From Selaginella moellendorffii (lineage: Eukaryota; Plantae; Lycopodiophyta): a stretch of 64,000 nt of DNA. The translations under genes were made by a program, and so were the position numbers. Shown one piece after another: positions 1-11,547 of this stretch; position 1 is the first letter of the stretch, and each line of letters starts with the position of its first letter. The DNA is taken from the NCBI RefSeq assembly GCF_000143415.4, contig NW_003314317.1, forward strand, positions 788,296-852,295. The letters run 5' to 3'. The notes beneath the pieces were generated by a model that was given only the letters and a program-made list of their open reading frames with translations, was not told the DNA's origin and searched no databases.

Positions 1-908
1 ACACAAACGAGAAAAAGAAGTACTTACAAAGATCACTGGAAAAAAGTGAACTTGGCCCTCCGGCTTGGTTTGTGTCTCCTTGAAGTAGACGAGGACTGGA
101 AAGCTCGGCCACCATAGCTCCCAGTTTGTAAAGGTTGAGTACCTAGACAAAGAAGAACACAGTGAAGAGACCGTGACTTTCCTCCTCTAGATGCTTACTT
201 CCACCGGTTTTTTCCGCCGACGAAGACGTTCTCTCCGGATTCCTGTAGCTCCGAGCCGATCTTTACTTCCTGGAGAAGCTCAAGTAATGTTAAATCCAGC
301 TCCAGCGACACAAAGAGAAAGCAACACAGAAGCTTACCAGAGCTTCGTCATCGAACACGAATTTCACTCGGGTAGTCTGTTTCAGCATAGAACCAGGAGT
401 TAACTCTCATTCCTGTGAAGAGGACACGGACCTGGAATAAGAGAAGAAGGCCGAGCAAACCAATTGGAGCTGCTGGAAGCAAATTGTCCGTGTAAACTAG
501 AGCACCAGCAGCACCTGTAAGGAAGAACACCGTTTGTTTCTCTCTTTTTTCCACAAAGAAATCCTTTCTACTTACCAAGAAGAACGACTGGAATGCGATA
601 ATCAGGTGCTGGAATGACGGTCTCCCTCACGATCTTGGCTGCTTGTTTCCTTTTAAACTACACGAGACTATCGCCTTCGTCAGGACTATAGCTCTCGAGA
701 AACCAGAGAAATTTAAGTACCAATGCTTTCACAGCCCCAGGTCTTGATAGCCTCCTCGGCGAAAAGATCAAAGAGGAACTTGGAGCTCTTGGCTGCAATC
801 CAATCGACCCAGCGCCTACATTTATCATATGTTAAACTCTAGCTAGAGCACGAGATTCTACGTACCAAGAGCTGGACGAAGAACGCAGGAGCATCCCGCC
901 ATAGCCAT
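1..908 (-). CDS. DUF3119-family (probably plastid) membrane protein, multi-exon, 3' end runs off the window
   Basis: Minus-strand exons splice to ...NLLPAAPIGLLGLLLLFQ...RVRFDDEAL...LQESGENVFVGGKNRW..YSTFTNWELWWPSFPVLVYFKETQTKPEGQVHFFPVIF. ATG at 908; GT-AG introns. Confidence 0.8.
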
Positions 909-1104
909 CGCCAAGAAGCCCTAAACCTCGAGAAAAATATATTCGTTGTCTGTTTAAGAATATTCCTGTGTGATTACTATTTCTCACTACTTTTTAACCA
1001 CCTTTAAGGATTCTAGAATGTCTAATTGAGAAGCAATCATTGAAAAGTTTAAAGCTGCAAGGTGGCGGCATGGGTTTTGTAAGCAAACGCGCAAAAACAA
1101 AGAC

Positions 1105-2053
1105 CATGGGCATATCCGAGCTTGGTGCGAGCTGACGTCACCGTGTCCACCACTGCGTCATACATGTTGCTGTAGGTAGTGGACGCGTCCGTGACGCTCG
1201 CTCGGAGCCGACGCGCGCGTATATTCCAGCGGTACGTTGGTCGGGTGGCTGAAGAAAGGATAGACGTTGATCATAAATGGGCTGCCTGACGTGGACAGGA
1301 AATCCACCACTGGTTTGAGGCGATGGTTGGAGACCACGGTGCCGGCGGTACGCAGCGCGGTGTACGACTGTACGGCAGACGGATGTCCCGGAAGGATGAC
1401 GCGTCCATGACGTTGAAGGCGTGCGGCGTGGAGACCACGGTGCCGGCGGTACGCAGCGCGGTGTGCGACTGTACCGCGGACTGGACGTTCTGGAGGGCCT
1501 GGAGGAGGAAGGGGACGTACCGCGCGTTGTTTGTGAGGACCTCGTTGCCGATGGAGATGGCGGGAAAGCGGGTGGCGGGGATGAAAGGGCGATGGAGGCG
1601 TCCAGCCAGGCCTTGGCGGCGGCGGGGCTCGAGGCGGTTTGCTGGAGCTGCTCGTTGGGGATGGAGACACTGAGATCGATGCCCGAGTTTGCGAAAGCCG
1701 GGATCAGCGTCGAAGATGCGCGCCTTGGTGATGTTGTTGGATTTGAGCAGCGCCACGACTTGCGCCGGCGATGGGAGACTGTCGCCCAATCTGCCATAGT
1801 TCACGCCGATGCTCGATCCCCTTTAGAGGAATAAAATCGAAATCGAAATCCAAACGCTTTGATTCAACCAGATTTAAAATGTGACCGTTTTGTGTCTGGA
1901 AATGAAAATGCGAGAGCTGGAAGACGAGGGATCGTGGGGAATCTTGCCAAGAGGATCTATAAACTCACCAGGAATCCCCTCCAGCGCAGCCAAAACCGCG
2001 ACGAGCAGCACCACTATCACCAGCAGCCGATTGAATCTCACTCCCGCTTCCAT
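1105..2053 (-). pseudogene. GH17 beta-1,3-glucanase pseudogene (degraded copy of 7390-8605)
   Basis: Near-identical to 7390-8605 but spread over several frames, with deletions, a ~45-bp internal duplication (1330-1373 / 1431-1474) and no C-terminus. Confidence 0.9.
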
Positions 2054-2254
2054 GGAATCAATCAATCAATCAAAGAGAAGGAATCGCCCAAAGCGTTTAC
2101 GATTGATCATTGAGCGGAGAGAGAGAGAGAGAGAGGTGATGAACTAAAACGCTTGTTCACTACATCGGCTGAAAGTAAAAATTCTTCATTTGATCCAGTA
2201 AAAATTCTCCACCATGGAAGAACTCTTTCACAGGAAGGATCGTGATCATGGTGG

Positions 2255-2470
2255 TGGGATTTAGGGTTCCAAGGCTATTCAGCGGCCAGAATCTGAGTGA
2301 CAAGCTCAACAGGACGCAGCAGAGCTTCGAGAGTGATAGGTTGATATGTGGGTTTTTGGATCTCACGCTCACGGCCTGCGAGTGGAGTTACTGAAAAAGA
2401 TGACACCAAGAACGTATGTCGACGGCTTTTTGGAAATGCTCTAGTGACGATCACAGAGCGACAGCTGCGA
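2255..2470 (+). pseudogene. Collapsed remnant of the CID/RPRD gene (copy of parts of 9255-9910)
   Basis: ggatttagggttccaaggct / attcagcggccagaatctgagtgacaagctc / ctcacgctcacggcctgcgagtggagttact match 9255-9410 and 9755-9910, with large deletions. Confidence 0.85.
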
Positions 2471-2530
2471 TAGGGATTTGTCGACATGGCGCTCTCGTAA
2501 TACCCTAGGGGCGCGGTCTAGCAGATCACG

Positions 2531-2951
2531 ATGAGCGCCGAGGTCCAGACGTGTGGCAAGCCCATACAGACTCTGGTCGAGCACGTCGTCAATGTTAACA
2601 TTTTGTCGTCAGAATACTTCAAGGAGCTCTACCGCCTCAAGACGTTTCACGAGGTCGTGGACGAGATTTACAACCATGTCGCCCATGTGGTGCCCTGGAT
2701 GACTGGAAATTCCCGCGGCCCTTCTCCAGCGTTTTGCCTCCTTTGCAAGTTTTTCACCATGAAGCTCACTGACGAGCAGGTCCAGGAGTTTCTCAACCAC
2801 GCTGATTCTCCTTACGTTTGTGCGGTATGATCGCTGTACATTGCTTCCTTCGGAGCTCTTCTCATTCGTTGCTCCTGTTTTCCTGCGTTATTATGGTGAT
2901 CCAAGTACTCTCTTCTGGCAATGGTTCAAGCCTTATATCGAAGATGATGAG
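2531..2951 (+). pseudogene. PRP38-family pre-mRNA splicing factor, 5' part only
   Basis: MSAEVQTCGKPIQTLVEHVVNVNILSSEYFKELYRLKTFHEVVDEIY...PWMTGNSRGPSPAFCLLCKFFTMKLT...DSPY, then FLRYYGDP..WQWFKPYIEDDE followed by a GT donor. No later exon is visible before AT-rich DNA. Confidence 0.75.
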
Positions 2952-3078
2952 GTGAGCTTTCGCTTTTTTGGGTTTAAATTCTACTATGGTTTAAGGAATT
3001 GTTATATAAACTAGATTAGATTAATGGTGTTTTAAAAGATAATTACCTATAATAAACATTTAAGTGAATTTCTTAGGA

Positions 3079-3936
3079 CTAAATTTTACATAATTTGTGA
3101 TTAGATGTATGTGAATCCCATAAAGCTATATTTGGATATTTTGCTTTATAAATAACTAAATTGCAGTCATTTTGAATAGTGAATAAGGTCGGTAATAAAC
3201 AGAGTTTCTTATTACATGATATAGTTGTAATCATGAAATAATTCTTATTATAATACATTAACAAATTTCCATCGTTATTTAATTTAACATAACAGTTATA
3301 AATATTATCAATAGAAGTCTTAAATGTCCAAATGAGTTTATCTTCTGAGTATAAAATCAAAATACAGTTTTCTTTTAAAATTAAAATATTCTTTCTGTTT
3401 GCAGAAACTAAAAAGTTATCTGCATAAATAACTGAACCAGGATATAAAGTACTTATTCTAAGATAACAAATTAACACATTATCAAATGAGTTTAAAAGAA
3501 AAACATTTTCAGCATCTTTTAATTTATAATATATAACATATTTTTGGCTTTCTCCTTCAAAATAGTCTGAAAGATTTTCATAGAGTTTATTCTTATACTT
3601 ATCTAAAATTGTTTCTATACCCGCTATAATATTTCCACCTAAAATTTTAGTAGGTGTATCTTCAATAGTGCATTGATCTTTTGTTTTAATTATTAATTCA
3701 ACAAGCCCTTTTGATGTATCTATTTCCATTTCATCTCCAAAGGTTGAAGAATAATCACTTTTGCGATTGAGTTTGAATAATAATTCAGATACTCCTGCAA
3801 TTATTTTAGTAATATCTTGTGTATTTAAGATTCTGACATTTCCAAATTTAGGTGTATATTTTTTTGGAGCAATCACATGTAAAATATAAAATGAAAACAA
3901 TGAAAAATAGATGAAAATAAATATGAGCTTCATCAT
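3079..3936 (-). CDS. Secreted protein: signal peptide + unknown ~130-aa domain + C-terminal bulb-type (GNA/B-) lectin domain
   Basis: Uninterrupted ORF in very AT-rich DNA. Hydrophobic N-terminus MMKLIFIFIYFSLFSFYILHVIA. Lectin pattern STLYPG...LIWTFKT...CYVKLNNDGNLLMY...IQNDCNLVIY...LWDSHT, with one intact QxDxNxVxY site. Confidence 0.75.
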   Translation of the reverse strand: MMKLIFIFIYFSLFSFYILHVIAPKKYTPKFGNVRILNTQDITKIIAGVSELLFKLNRKSDYSSTFGDEMEIDTSKGLVELIIKTKDQCTIEDTPTKILGGNIIAGIETILDKYKNKLYENLSDYFEGESQKYVIYYKLKDAENVFLLNSFDNVLICYLRISTLYPGSVIYADNFLVSANRKNILILKENCILILYSEDKLIWTFKTSIDNIYNCYVKLNNDGNLLMYYNKNYFMITTISCNKKLCLLPTLFTIQNDCNLVIYKAKYPNIALWDSHTSNHKLCKI

Positions 3937-3989
3937 ATTTATATATATGTATATATGTGTGTGCGTGTGTGTGTGTGTGTGTATATGCA

Positions 3990-6290
3990 TACATTGATAT
4001 GGGTTTATATTTATTATAACATCTAGTTTATAAATTTAATTAAATATTATTTCTCATAATTATCATCTTTTACTATTTCTATTGGCTATCTGCTCAAATA
4101 TATACCTTAGTTTAGAAATAGTTATCCTTATTTGAGTTTATTTCCTTTGGGGACTTGTATGGTGACATACCATAATTCATTTACATTATTGCATGGTCTA
4201 TAAATCCTTAAAACTTGTAGGAAACAGTGTAAATATTAATAATGAGAACTCTTTGGTTATTTTTTTCAGTAAGGTATATGATAAATGATATTTAAGCATA
4301 TGGTGCCAATGAGTTTAATTATTATTGATTGTGCCTAATAAAATATTTTATATCTCTAATTAAAATGTATGTGTTTTCTTCTATGTAATGTATTTATACA
4401 ACTCTCAAATTCATTTAATGAATTAAATACTTTCATGAACTAGTAGGAGAGCTAAAAGAATGAGATTTTCATGAATAGTTTGATGTTTAAGATTTAGATT
4501 CAAATTAATGCTTGAATAATAGCTAAACTTGGAATACATGTAAAATATTTGGAGTCTTTGATGATTTCTAGGGTTAAAATGTTGTGTTTGCTGTAAAATT
4601 GAACTATATGACATTTTTAGTTGAAGTCTTGCCATTTTGAAGTCATTTTTACTAATATTTTATGTTATATATATTTGTTTCCCAATTGTGAGTGCCGCTA
4701 AGAATTATTGATACTTAGAAGTTTGTTTGTTCTTTTGAGAATGTGAAATTTTCCTTTCATTTTCTCATCTTAAGTATTGAGTTAATGTCAAAAAACTTGA
4801 ATGTGGGATTTTCTTGTTTTGGCCAAAGTATTTTATATTATAATGAACTCTATTATTCAACCTTGAAAAAAGTCTTTTATAATAGAAGATCTCATATTAT
4901 CCAAGCTTTAAAAACACATTTTCTTCTTTTATTTCCCTGTTTTTACTTTAACTACTGCTAAAGTTTTTGTTTTTAGTGTTTTTTATTTATATTTTGTTCT
5001 TCTACATGCTTTCTTCCTCAATTTTTCCAACTTTTTCCTCTTTTCTCTAATGTTTTAAATTCTTTTATACTAAGGAGGGATGGATAGGAGTTTGATGTAA
5101 GTCGCAAATTTTTCTTTTGTGATTTTTTAACTTACTTTGCCTACTTAAACATTTTTGTCTTGGCTGTAATAAAATTCTTTTTGCCAAAATCTAATCTTAA
5201 TATACAAACCTTACTACACAAATAATAGAGTGTGTGGTGGTTGATCATTTGGTCCCTCTTCCATATCTATTAATTCATTAACTGGTGAAGTTAGTGGTGA
5301 ATCTACTGGTGTTTTTACATCTGGTACTTCAGTAGGAGGATCATCTATAAAAAAGGAAATTAGATGAACTTAACTACCTTATTTACCTGAGTTTAGATGT
5401 GGATACTTATTATCCCATTGTTTTTGAATAAGCTTGATATATATATTAATATAATCCATCAAAGACTGTTATACTCTTCTTTCAACCAACTTTAGTCTAT
5501 ATTAAATGGCAAGTTTAGATTTAAACTTTGGCAATCAAGTTAGTTCTCTGAGTAAGCTATTTCACTTTTAGTTCTCTTCACAATCAACAAAAACAAACAA
5601 ACTTTTGTCTCTCATAAATAGAGCCATGGTCAATATTAAAAACTTTAGACTTTACCCCTTTTAGCAACAATGGTATTGGTGGTCAATTGTGGTATTTAAC
5701 TTGATGATTGTTGAAGTACATTTTGTGAAGATAAACTTTTTTCTTGCAATTTGGATGCAAGCAAACATGACTATACAATTTGGAACTATCATCACAATTG
5801 ATTCCCTTTGAGAGCAAATCCAAACCTTTCCAAACTAATTGATGGCTCTTTTTAATACCTCTACTAAGAAATGTACTTGATTTGAATTTTCCTTACTTGT
5901 GGCCATGATGGTGCCTATTGTGATGCTCTAGTGCTCTCCTAACTTTGAGATCAAAAGGCAATTAAATACCCTAAACCGTCAAGGCATGTTGAGGATTTTC
6001 AATATAATTTGTCATCCTTACAAATACAATTTGGCATGCAATAAATTATAACTTATTATTTATATATAATTAGTTTTGTTTAAACATATTTGGTCATACA
6101 ATATATTTAATTTGTCATCTAAATATAATTTGCCATACAAATATAATTTGACATGGTTACTTTGGAATTTATCATGTGGGGAAAATAGTAATTTGTCATG
6201 ATAATCTATAATGTGTCACCTGGTCATTTTGGAATTTGTCATGGAGGGAAGTAGTGTGGCACATTAAATTTATAATTTGTCACCTAATTT
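3990..6290. mobile_element. AT-rich degenerate repeat/transposon island
   Basis: Very low GC and no long ORF. 4690-5030 resembles 38790-39200. Ends in an array of AATTTGTCAT-like motifs. Confidence 0.5.
5998..6285 (+). repeat. Array of about ten degenerate AATTTGTCAT motifs
   Basis: aatttgtcat, aatttggcat, atttggtcat, aatttgtcat, aatttgccat, aatttgacat, aatttatcat, aatttgtcat, aatgtgtcac, aatttgtcat, aatttgtcac within ~290 bp. Confidence 0.75.
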
Positions 6291-6364
6291 GGAGAACAGT
6301 TTAGTTGGGCTAACAACTTCCTCGTACAGCATCCTACAACAAAATGATTTTCACACACACAAAA

Positions 6365-7050
6365 AGTAGACGAGGATTGGAAAGCTCGGCCACCATAGCT
6401 CCCAGTTTGTAAAGGTTGAGTACCTGGAATTAGAAAAACACATTGAAGAGACCCGTGACTTTCGTCTTGATGCTTATTTTTTCCACCAACGAAGACGTCC
6501 TCTCTGGATTCCTGTAGCTCCGATCCGAGCCAATCTTTACTTCCTGGAAAGCTCAAGTAATTTTAAATTCAGCTCCAGCGACACAAAGGGAACAAACACC
6601 ACAGAAGCTTACAAGAGCTTCGTCATCGAACGCGGATCTTACTCGGGTGGTCTGTTTCAGCATAGAACCAGGAATTAGACTTTCATTCGTGTAGAGAGCA
6701 CACGGACTTGGAATAAGAGAAGAAGGCCGAGCAAACCAATTGGAGCTGCTGAAAGCAAATTGTTCGTGTAAACTAGAGCACCAGCGGTACCTGAAAGAAA
6801 GAACACTCCTTGCTTCTCATTTTTTTCCACAAAGACCCAGAAGAACGATTGGAATGCGATAATCAGGTGCTGGAATGACAGTCTCCCCAACGATCTTGTT
6901 TTAAACTACACAAGGACTTCGTCACGAATATCGCTCGAGAAACCAGAGAAATTAGTACCTGATTCCACAGCCCCAGGTCTTGATAGCCTCCTTGTCGAGA
7001 AGATCACAGAAAAACTTGGAGCGCTTCACAGCAATCCAGCGCCTACATGA
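6365..7050 (-). pseudogene. DUF3119 pseudogene (copy of 76-800)
   Basis: Colinear with the gene at 1-908, but the first exon is missing, the GGKNRW exon end/donor is deleted and the copy stops after ...PILVY. Confidence 0.85.
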
Positions 7051-7389
7051 GAACGGTCGGGATCATGGCATATTCGTTTTTCTGTTTAAGAATATTCCTG
7101 TGTGATTACTATTTCTCACTACTTTTTAACCACCTTTAAGGATTCTAGAATGTCTGACGTGAACAACCACCTAATTGAGAAGTATCTTCGTCAATCGTTG
7201 AAAAGTTTACCTCAAAGTTGCAAGGTGACGGCATCGGTCTTGTACGCAAACGCGCAAAAACAAAAGGCAAGCAAACAAACAACTTTTTTCTTCAATCGCG
7301 TGGTAAATCCCATCGAACTTATTAGACATCACACCATCATCCTTCTAGATCGAAAAAAAAAAGAAAAAGAATCTTAAGGCAAGCACCAA

Positions 7390-8605
7390 CTATGAGAGTG
7401 TGATGGTATACACTTGGGCCAGGCTGGGCTCAAACAGCCCAAAATTCCTCTCGGACACCGGCCCGGTCTTTTGGTCCTCGTTGAACAGCGCAAAAATGTA
7501 AGTCTCCGCCGTGACGCCGGGCCGCGCGGGAGTGCCCACACCAGACACCACATGCCGGATGAGATTCTGGTTGTACCGTGCGGCATTGGCGGTAGTGGCG
7601 CCGGGCTCGTCCCCCTTGCTAGGCCACCCGGTCTCGGTTACCACCACGGGCATATTCGGGTAGCCGAGCTTTGTGAGCGCTGACGTCACCGTGTCCACCA
7701 TTGCGTCATACATGTTGCTGTAGTGGAGGTTGGCGGGCGCGTCCGTGACGCCCGGGTCGGAGCCGAAGAGCGCGTATTCCAGCGGTACGTTGGTCGGGTC
7801 ACCGGCGTAGCTGAAGAAGGGATAGACGTTGATCATGAAGGGGCTGCCTGACGTGGACAGGAAATCCACCACTGGCTTGAGGGCGATGGTGGCGTTGAAG
7901 GCGCCGTTGGAGGGCGGGAAGGATGACGCGTCCATGACGTTGAAGGCGTGCGGCGTGGAGACCACGGTGCCGGCGGTACGCAGCGCGGTGTGCGACTGTA
8001 TCGCGGACTGGACGTTCTGGAGGGCCGGGAGGAGGAAGGGGGCGTACCGCGCGTTGTTTGTGAGGACCTCGTTGCCGATGGAGATGGCGGGGAAGCGGAC
8101 GGCGGGGATGAAAGGGGCGATGGAGGCGTCCAGCCAGGCCTTGGCGGCGGCGGGGCTGGAGGCGATTTGCTGGAGCTGCTCGTTGGGGATGGAGACGCTC
8201 AGATCGATGCCCGAGTTTGCGAAGGCCTGGATCACTGCGGGATCGGCGTCGAAGATGCGCGCCTTGGTTATGTTGTTGGATTTGAGCAGCGCCACGACTT
8301 GCGCCGGCGATGGGAGATTGTCGCCCAATCTCCCGTAGTTCACGCCGATGCTCGCTCCATCCGCGCCTGCCAAGAGAGGGGTCAAATCGAAACGCTCTGA
8401 TTCAACCAAGAGAGAGGAAGAGATCTAAAAATGTGACCGTTTTGTGTCTGGAAACGAAAATGCGAGAGCTGGAAGACGAGGAATCGTGGGGAATCTTGCC
8501 GAGAGGATCTATAAACTCACCAGAAATGCCCTCCAGCGCAGCCAAAGCCGCGACGAGCATCAGCACTATCACCAGCAGCCGATTGAATCCCACTCCCGCC
8601 TCCAT
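7390..8605 (-). CDS. Glucan endo-1,3-beta-glucosidase (GH17), 2 exons (8605-8521, 8366-7390)
   Basis: Signal-peptide exon MEAGVGFNRLLVIVLMLVAALAALEGIS, then IGVNYGRLGDNLPSP...IGNEV...INVYPFF...YSNMYDAMVD...VVTETGWPSKG...YIFALFNEDQKTGPVSERNFGLF. Confidence 0.95.
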
Positions 8606-9327
8606 GGAATCAATCAATCGAAGGAATCGCCCAAAGCGTTTGCGATTGATCGATGAGGAGGGAAAAGAGAGAGAAAGAAGTGACGAACGAAAACGCTTGC
8701 TCGAGCTAAACAGAGGAGCAGTGGCAACACTACAGCGGCTTAAAGACAGTCCGTTGTGCTTAATAATTCACGGTTTAATTAGTCGAAGACTAAGGTCCAC
8801 ACGAGTCAGTGCCAGTATACTACAGGTAAAACGTAAAAAAGAAAAAAAGAGAGAATCTTTATTTCCAGTAAAAATTCTCTATCTACATCTGTACATTCTC
8901 CACACCGCGATTGGGATCTCGAAGAACTCTTTCACAGGAAGGATCGTGATCTTGGGCAATTCGCGCAATTCTAGCGATGGAGTTTGCGTCGATCGAATTG
9001 GGTAAAGGATTGAGCAGCAGCTCTCGCGAAGGGTGCCATCGATTGATACAGATGCGGTGCGCTTGGAATGATAAAGAGGACGAAAGAGCTCGCCCTAATT
9101 TTTGGCATTTAGAAGATATCGATCCTCGGACCCTTTTATAGAGAAGGAGGAGCGATGGGCGGCTCTAGGGCAGTGCTATGCGGTCCGGCAAGGGTTGAGG
9201 CGCTCTTGGCACGGCCGCTCGAGGCGCCAGGCTGCGGCTGCTAGAGGTAGGCAAGGATTTAGGGTTCCAAGGCTGAGATTTTTTTCTTCCAGGGGATTCG
9301 GCGCCCTCGATTTTGGGCTTCTTCGCC

Positions 9328-11246
9328 ATGCAAGGGCTATTCAGCGGCCAGAATCTGAGTGACAAGCTCGTCAAGCTCAACAGCACGCAGCAGAGCATCG
9401 AGAGTAAGATCTCTTCCGTTTCGCCTTCTCATGGTGGATTCTTTCTTCTTTTTGCTCCTCAGCTCTGTCACATTGGTGCATTTTTCATCGGAAGTATGCA
9501 AAGCAAGTCGTGGATATTTGGGAGAAGGAGTTCTTCCAGGCGCCGAGAGAACAACGCGTCCCTTTCTTGTTCCTCGCCAACGACATCTTGCAAAACAGTC
9601 GCCGAAAGGGCTCGGAGTTTGTCTCCGAGTTTTGGAGAGCCTTGCCGGGTGCGCTCAAGCTCGTCATGCAAAATGGAGACGATAGCAATCGGAACACGAT
9701 CCTTCGACTGGTTAGTTTTCTTGTTCATGCGAGCTCGATATGACTCCATGCTTGATAGATTGATATATGGGAGGAGAGGCGGGTTTTTGGATCGCACGCT
9801 CACGGCCTGCGAGTGGAGTTACTGGGAAAAGATGACGCCAAGAACGTATGTCGACGGTTTTTTGTAAATGCTCTAGTGACGACTCTTTCTGGCTTGATCA
9901 CAGAGCGATGCGCTTATGCCAGAAAAACTCGTTGCAGTGTACAAAGCGTTTCAAGACAAACTAACTGACGAGGACGCGACGGTCTACAAGTGCCAAACCG
10001 CGGTTCTTCACATGGATGCCTTTGAAAAAGAGATAGACACGACGACCATATCAGGTGATTGTCTGCGTCTCCTTTGGTCCACAACTCGTTTTTGAACAAG
10101 GATCTTGCCTGCCAGGGCAAGAGAGTAGCATTATCTTGATAGAGGAGCTGCAGCAGCGAGAAACAATCCTTTTGGAGTGTGCTCAGCAGCTGGAAGCTAT
10201 AGAGATTGCCCGCTCCAGCATTGTTTTCCAGCTTAAGGAAACTCTCCGGGACCAGGTGTGTGAAGCGAATTTACTTTCCAAGTTACTCTTTTTCCCCTTC
10301 TAAACACTGTTTGTTCTCGCAGGAGGACAAGCTCGAGAGAACACGACTTTTGCTCCAGGTTTGAAACGTGCTAGCGATCCAAAACTTCACAACCCAATGA
10401 TCCTCGTCACAATTTTCGCAGGCTGCTCACACTCACGCCGACCAAGCTAGGATGATGCAGCAGCAAATCTATGACGCTGCTAGCGGCCAAGCTTACCAGC
10501 CAGTAGTAGCGAATGGCTCGACTGGCGGCGGCGGCCTTCTAGCTCACCACCATCACTACGATTCGAGCAACCAGCAGCACAGCGTCCCATCTCTCTTGAG
10601 CAGCGAAGCCGAGTGTTACGTCCCGACCGAGGCGAAGATGTTTGATCCGGCCGCCGCGGCCGAGGTCGCAGCTAAGCTGGTAGCGTCGAGCTCGTCAGCA
10701 GCGATGATCTCGTCTGTCTTGTCGTCCCTTGCAGCGGAGAATGTGGTGAAACTACAAGATCCGCAAGACAAACATCTGCAGCAGCAGCAGCGCAGCTTTG
10801 ATGATCCGACCGAGAACTACGGTCAAAACCCAGAAGAAGTAGCGATCGAGGAGGAAGTAGAAGAGGAGGAAGATCCGGGGCGAGAGCCGCCAGAGAAGCG
10901 GCAGAAGGTGGATGAGGGCGAGGAGGAGAGTGAGTCGCTCTTGGGGCCGGCGGTGGAGCTGGAAGAAGAATTTGGGGAGGAGGTATCGGCGGCAGAAGTG
11001 ACGAGCTCCATCCCATTGTCGCCGGCGGCGGTGGTGGCGGCTGTGGCGGCGCCCCCAGCGACAGAAGCGGTGACGACCGCGACGGCGGTGGCGACAACGA
11101 TAATGGGCTCGTCATCGTCAATGTTACTTCCCTTTAGTTTTGGAGGGCAAAGCTTGGGATTCCCATTGCCAGTGGCGGCGCCGCCGGGCTGTGCTCCAGC
11201 GAGCGATCATACAAGCACTAGTTTGTTTGCTCTCCCGCGACAATGA
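9328..11246 (+). CDS. CID (RPR)-domain, RPRD1/CREPT-like RNA Pol II CTD-binding protein, multi-exon
   Basis: MQGLFSGQNLSDKLVKLNSTQQSIE|LSHWCIFHR...FLFLANDILQNSRRKGSEFVSEFWRALP; coiled-coil exons; AAEVAAKLVASSSSAAMISSVLSSLAAE motif in the last exon. Confidence 0.9.
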
Positions 11247-11547
11247 TCTTCCTCCTCGAAGGGCTATAAAAGGTTTGGTGTGCTCGCTGGATTCGAACCC
11301 CCGTTCTTTTAGGGTTTATGGATTTGCATCTCTTAGAATAAAGGTATCCGGCCTTTTAGGGTTCTACGGAACAAACGGCGAACTGCCAACGCATAACCGG
11401 ATGAGTTTTGTTGTGTCTGTTGGAGAAAAATTTGGCCGCTTTTCTTCGCATTTCTTGGAGCTGCCGATCTAGGCGCTGGGTAGGCGCTAGCTCGGAGTGG
11501 GAAGAATCGCGCGGCGGCAGGCAGGGTTGCTTTGATCGGCCGCGGCG

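Noticed and set aside
3937-3990. HTHTHT N-terminus of the lectin ORF
   Set aside because: Translation of a (CA)/(TA) microsatellite; the signal peptide starts at 3936.
5998-6285. CRISPR-like array
   Set aside because: Eukaryotic context, 10-bp degenerate units, irregular short spacers, no cas genes.
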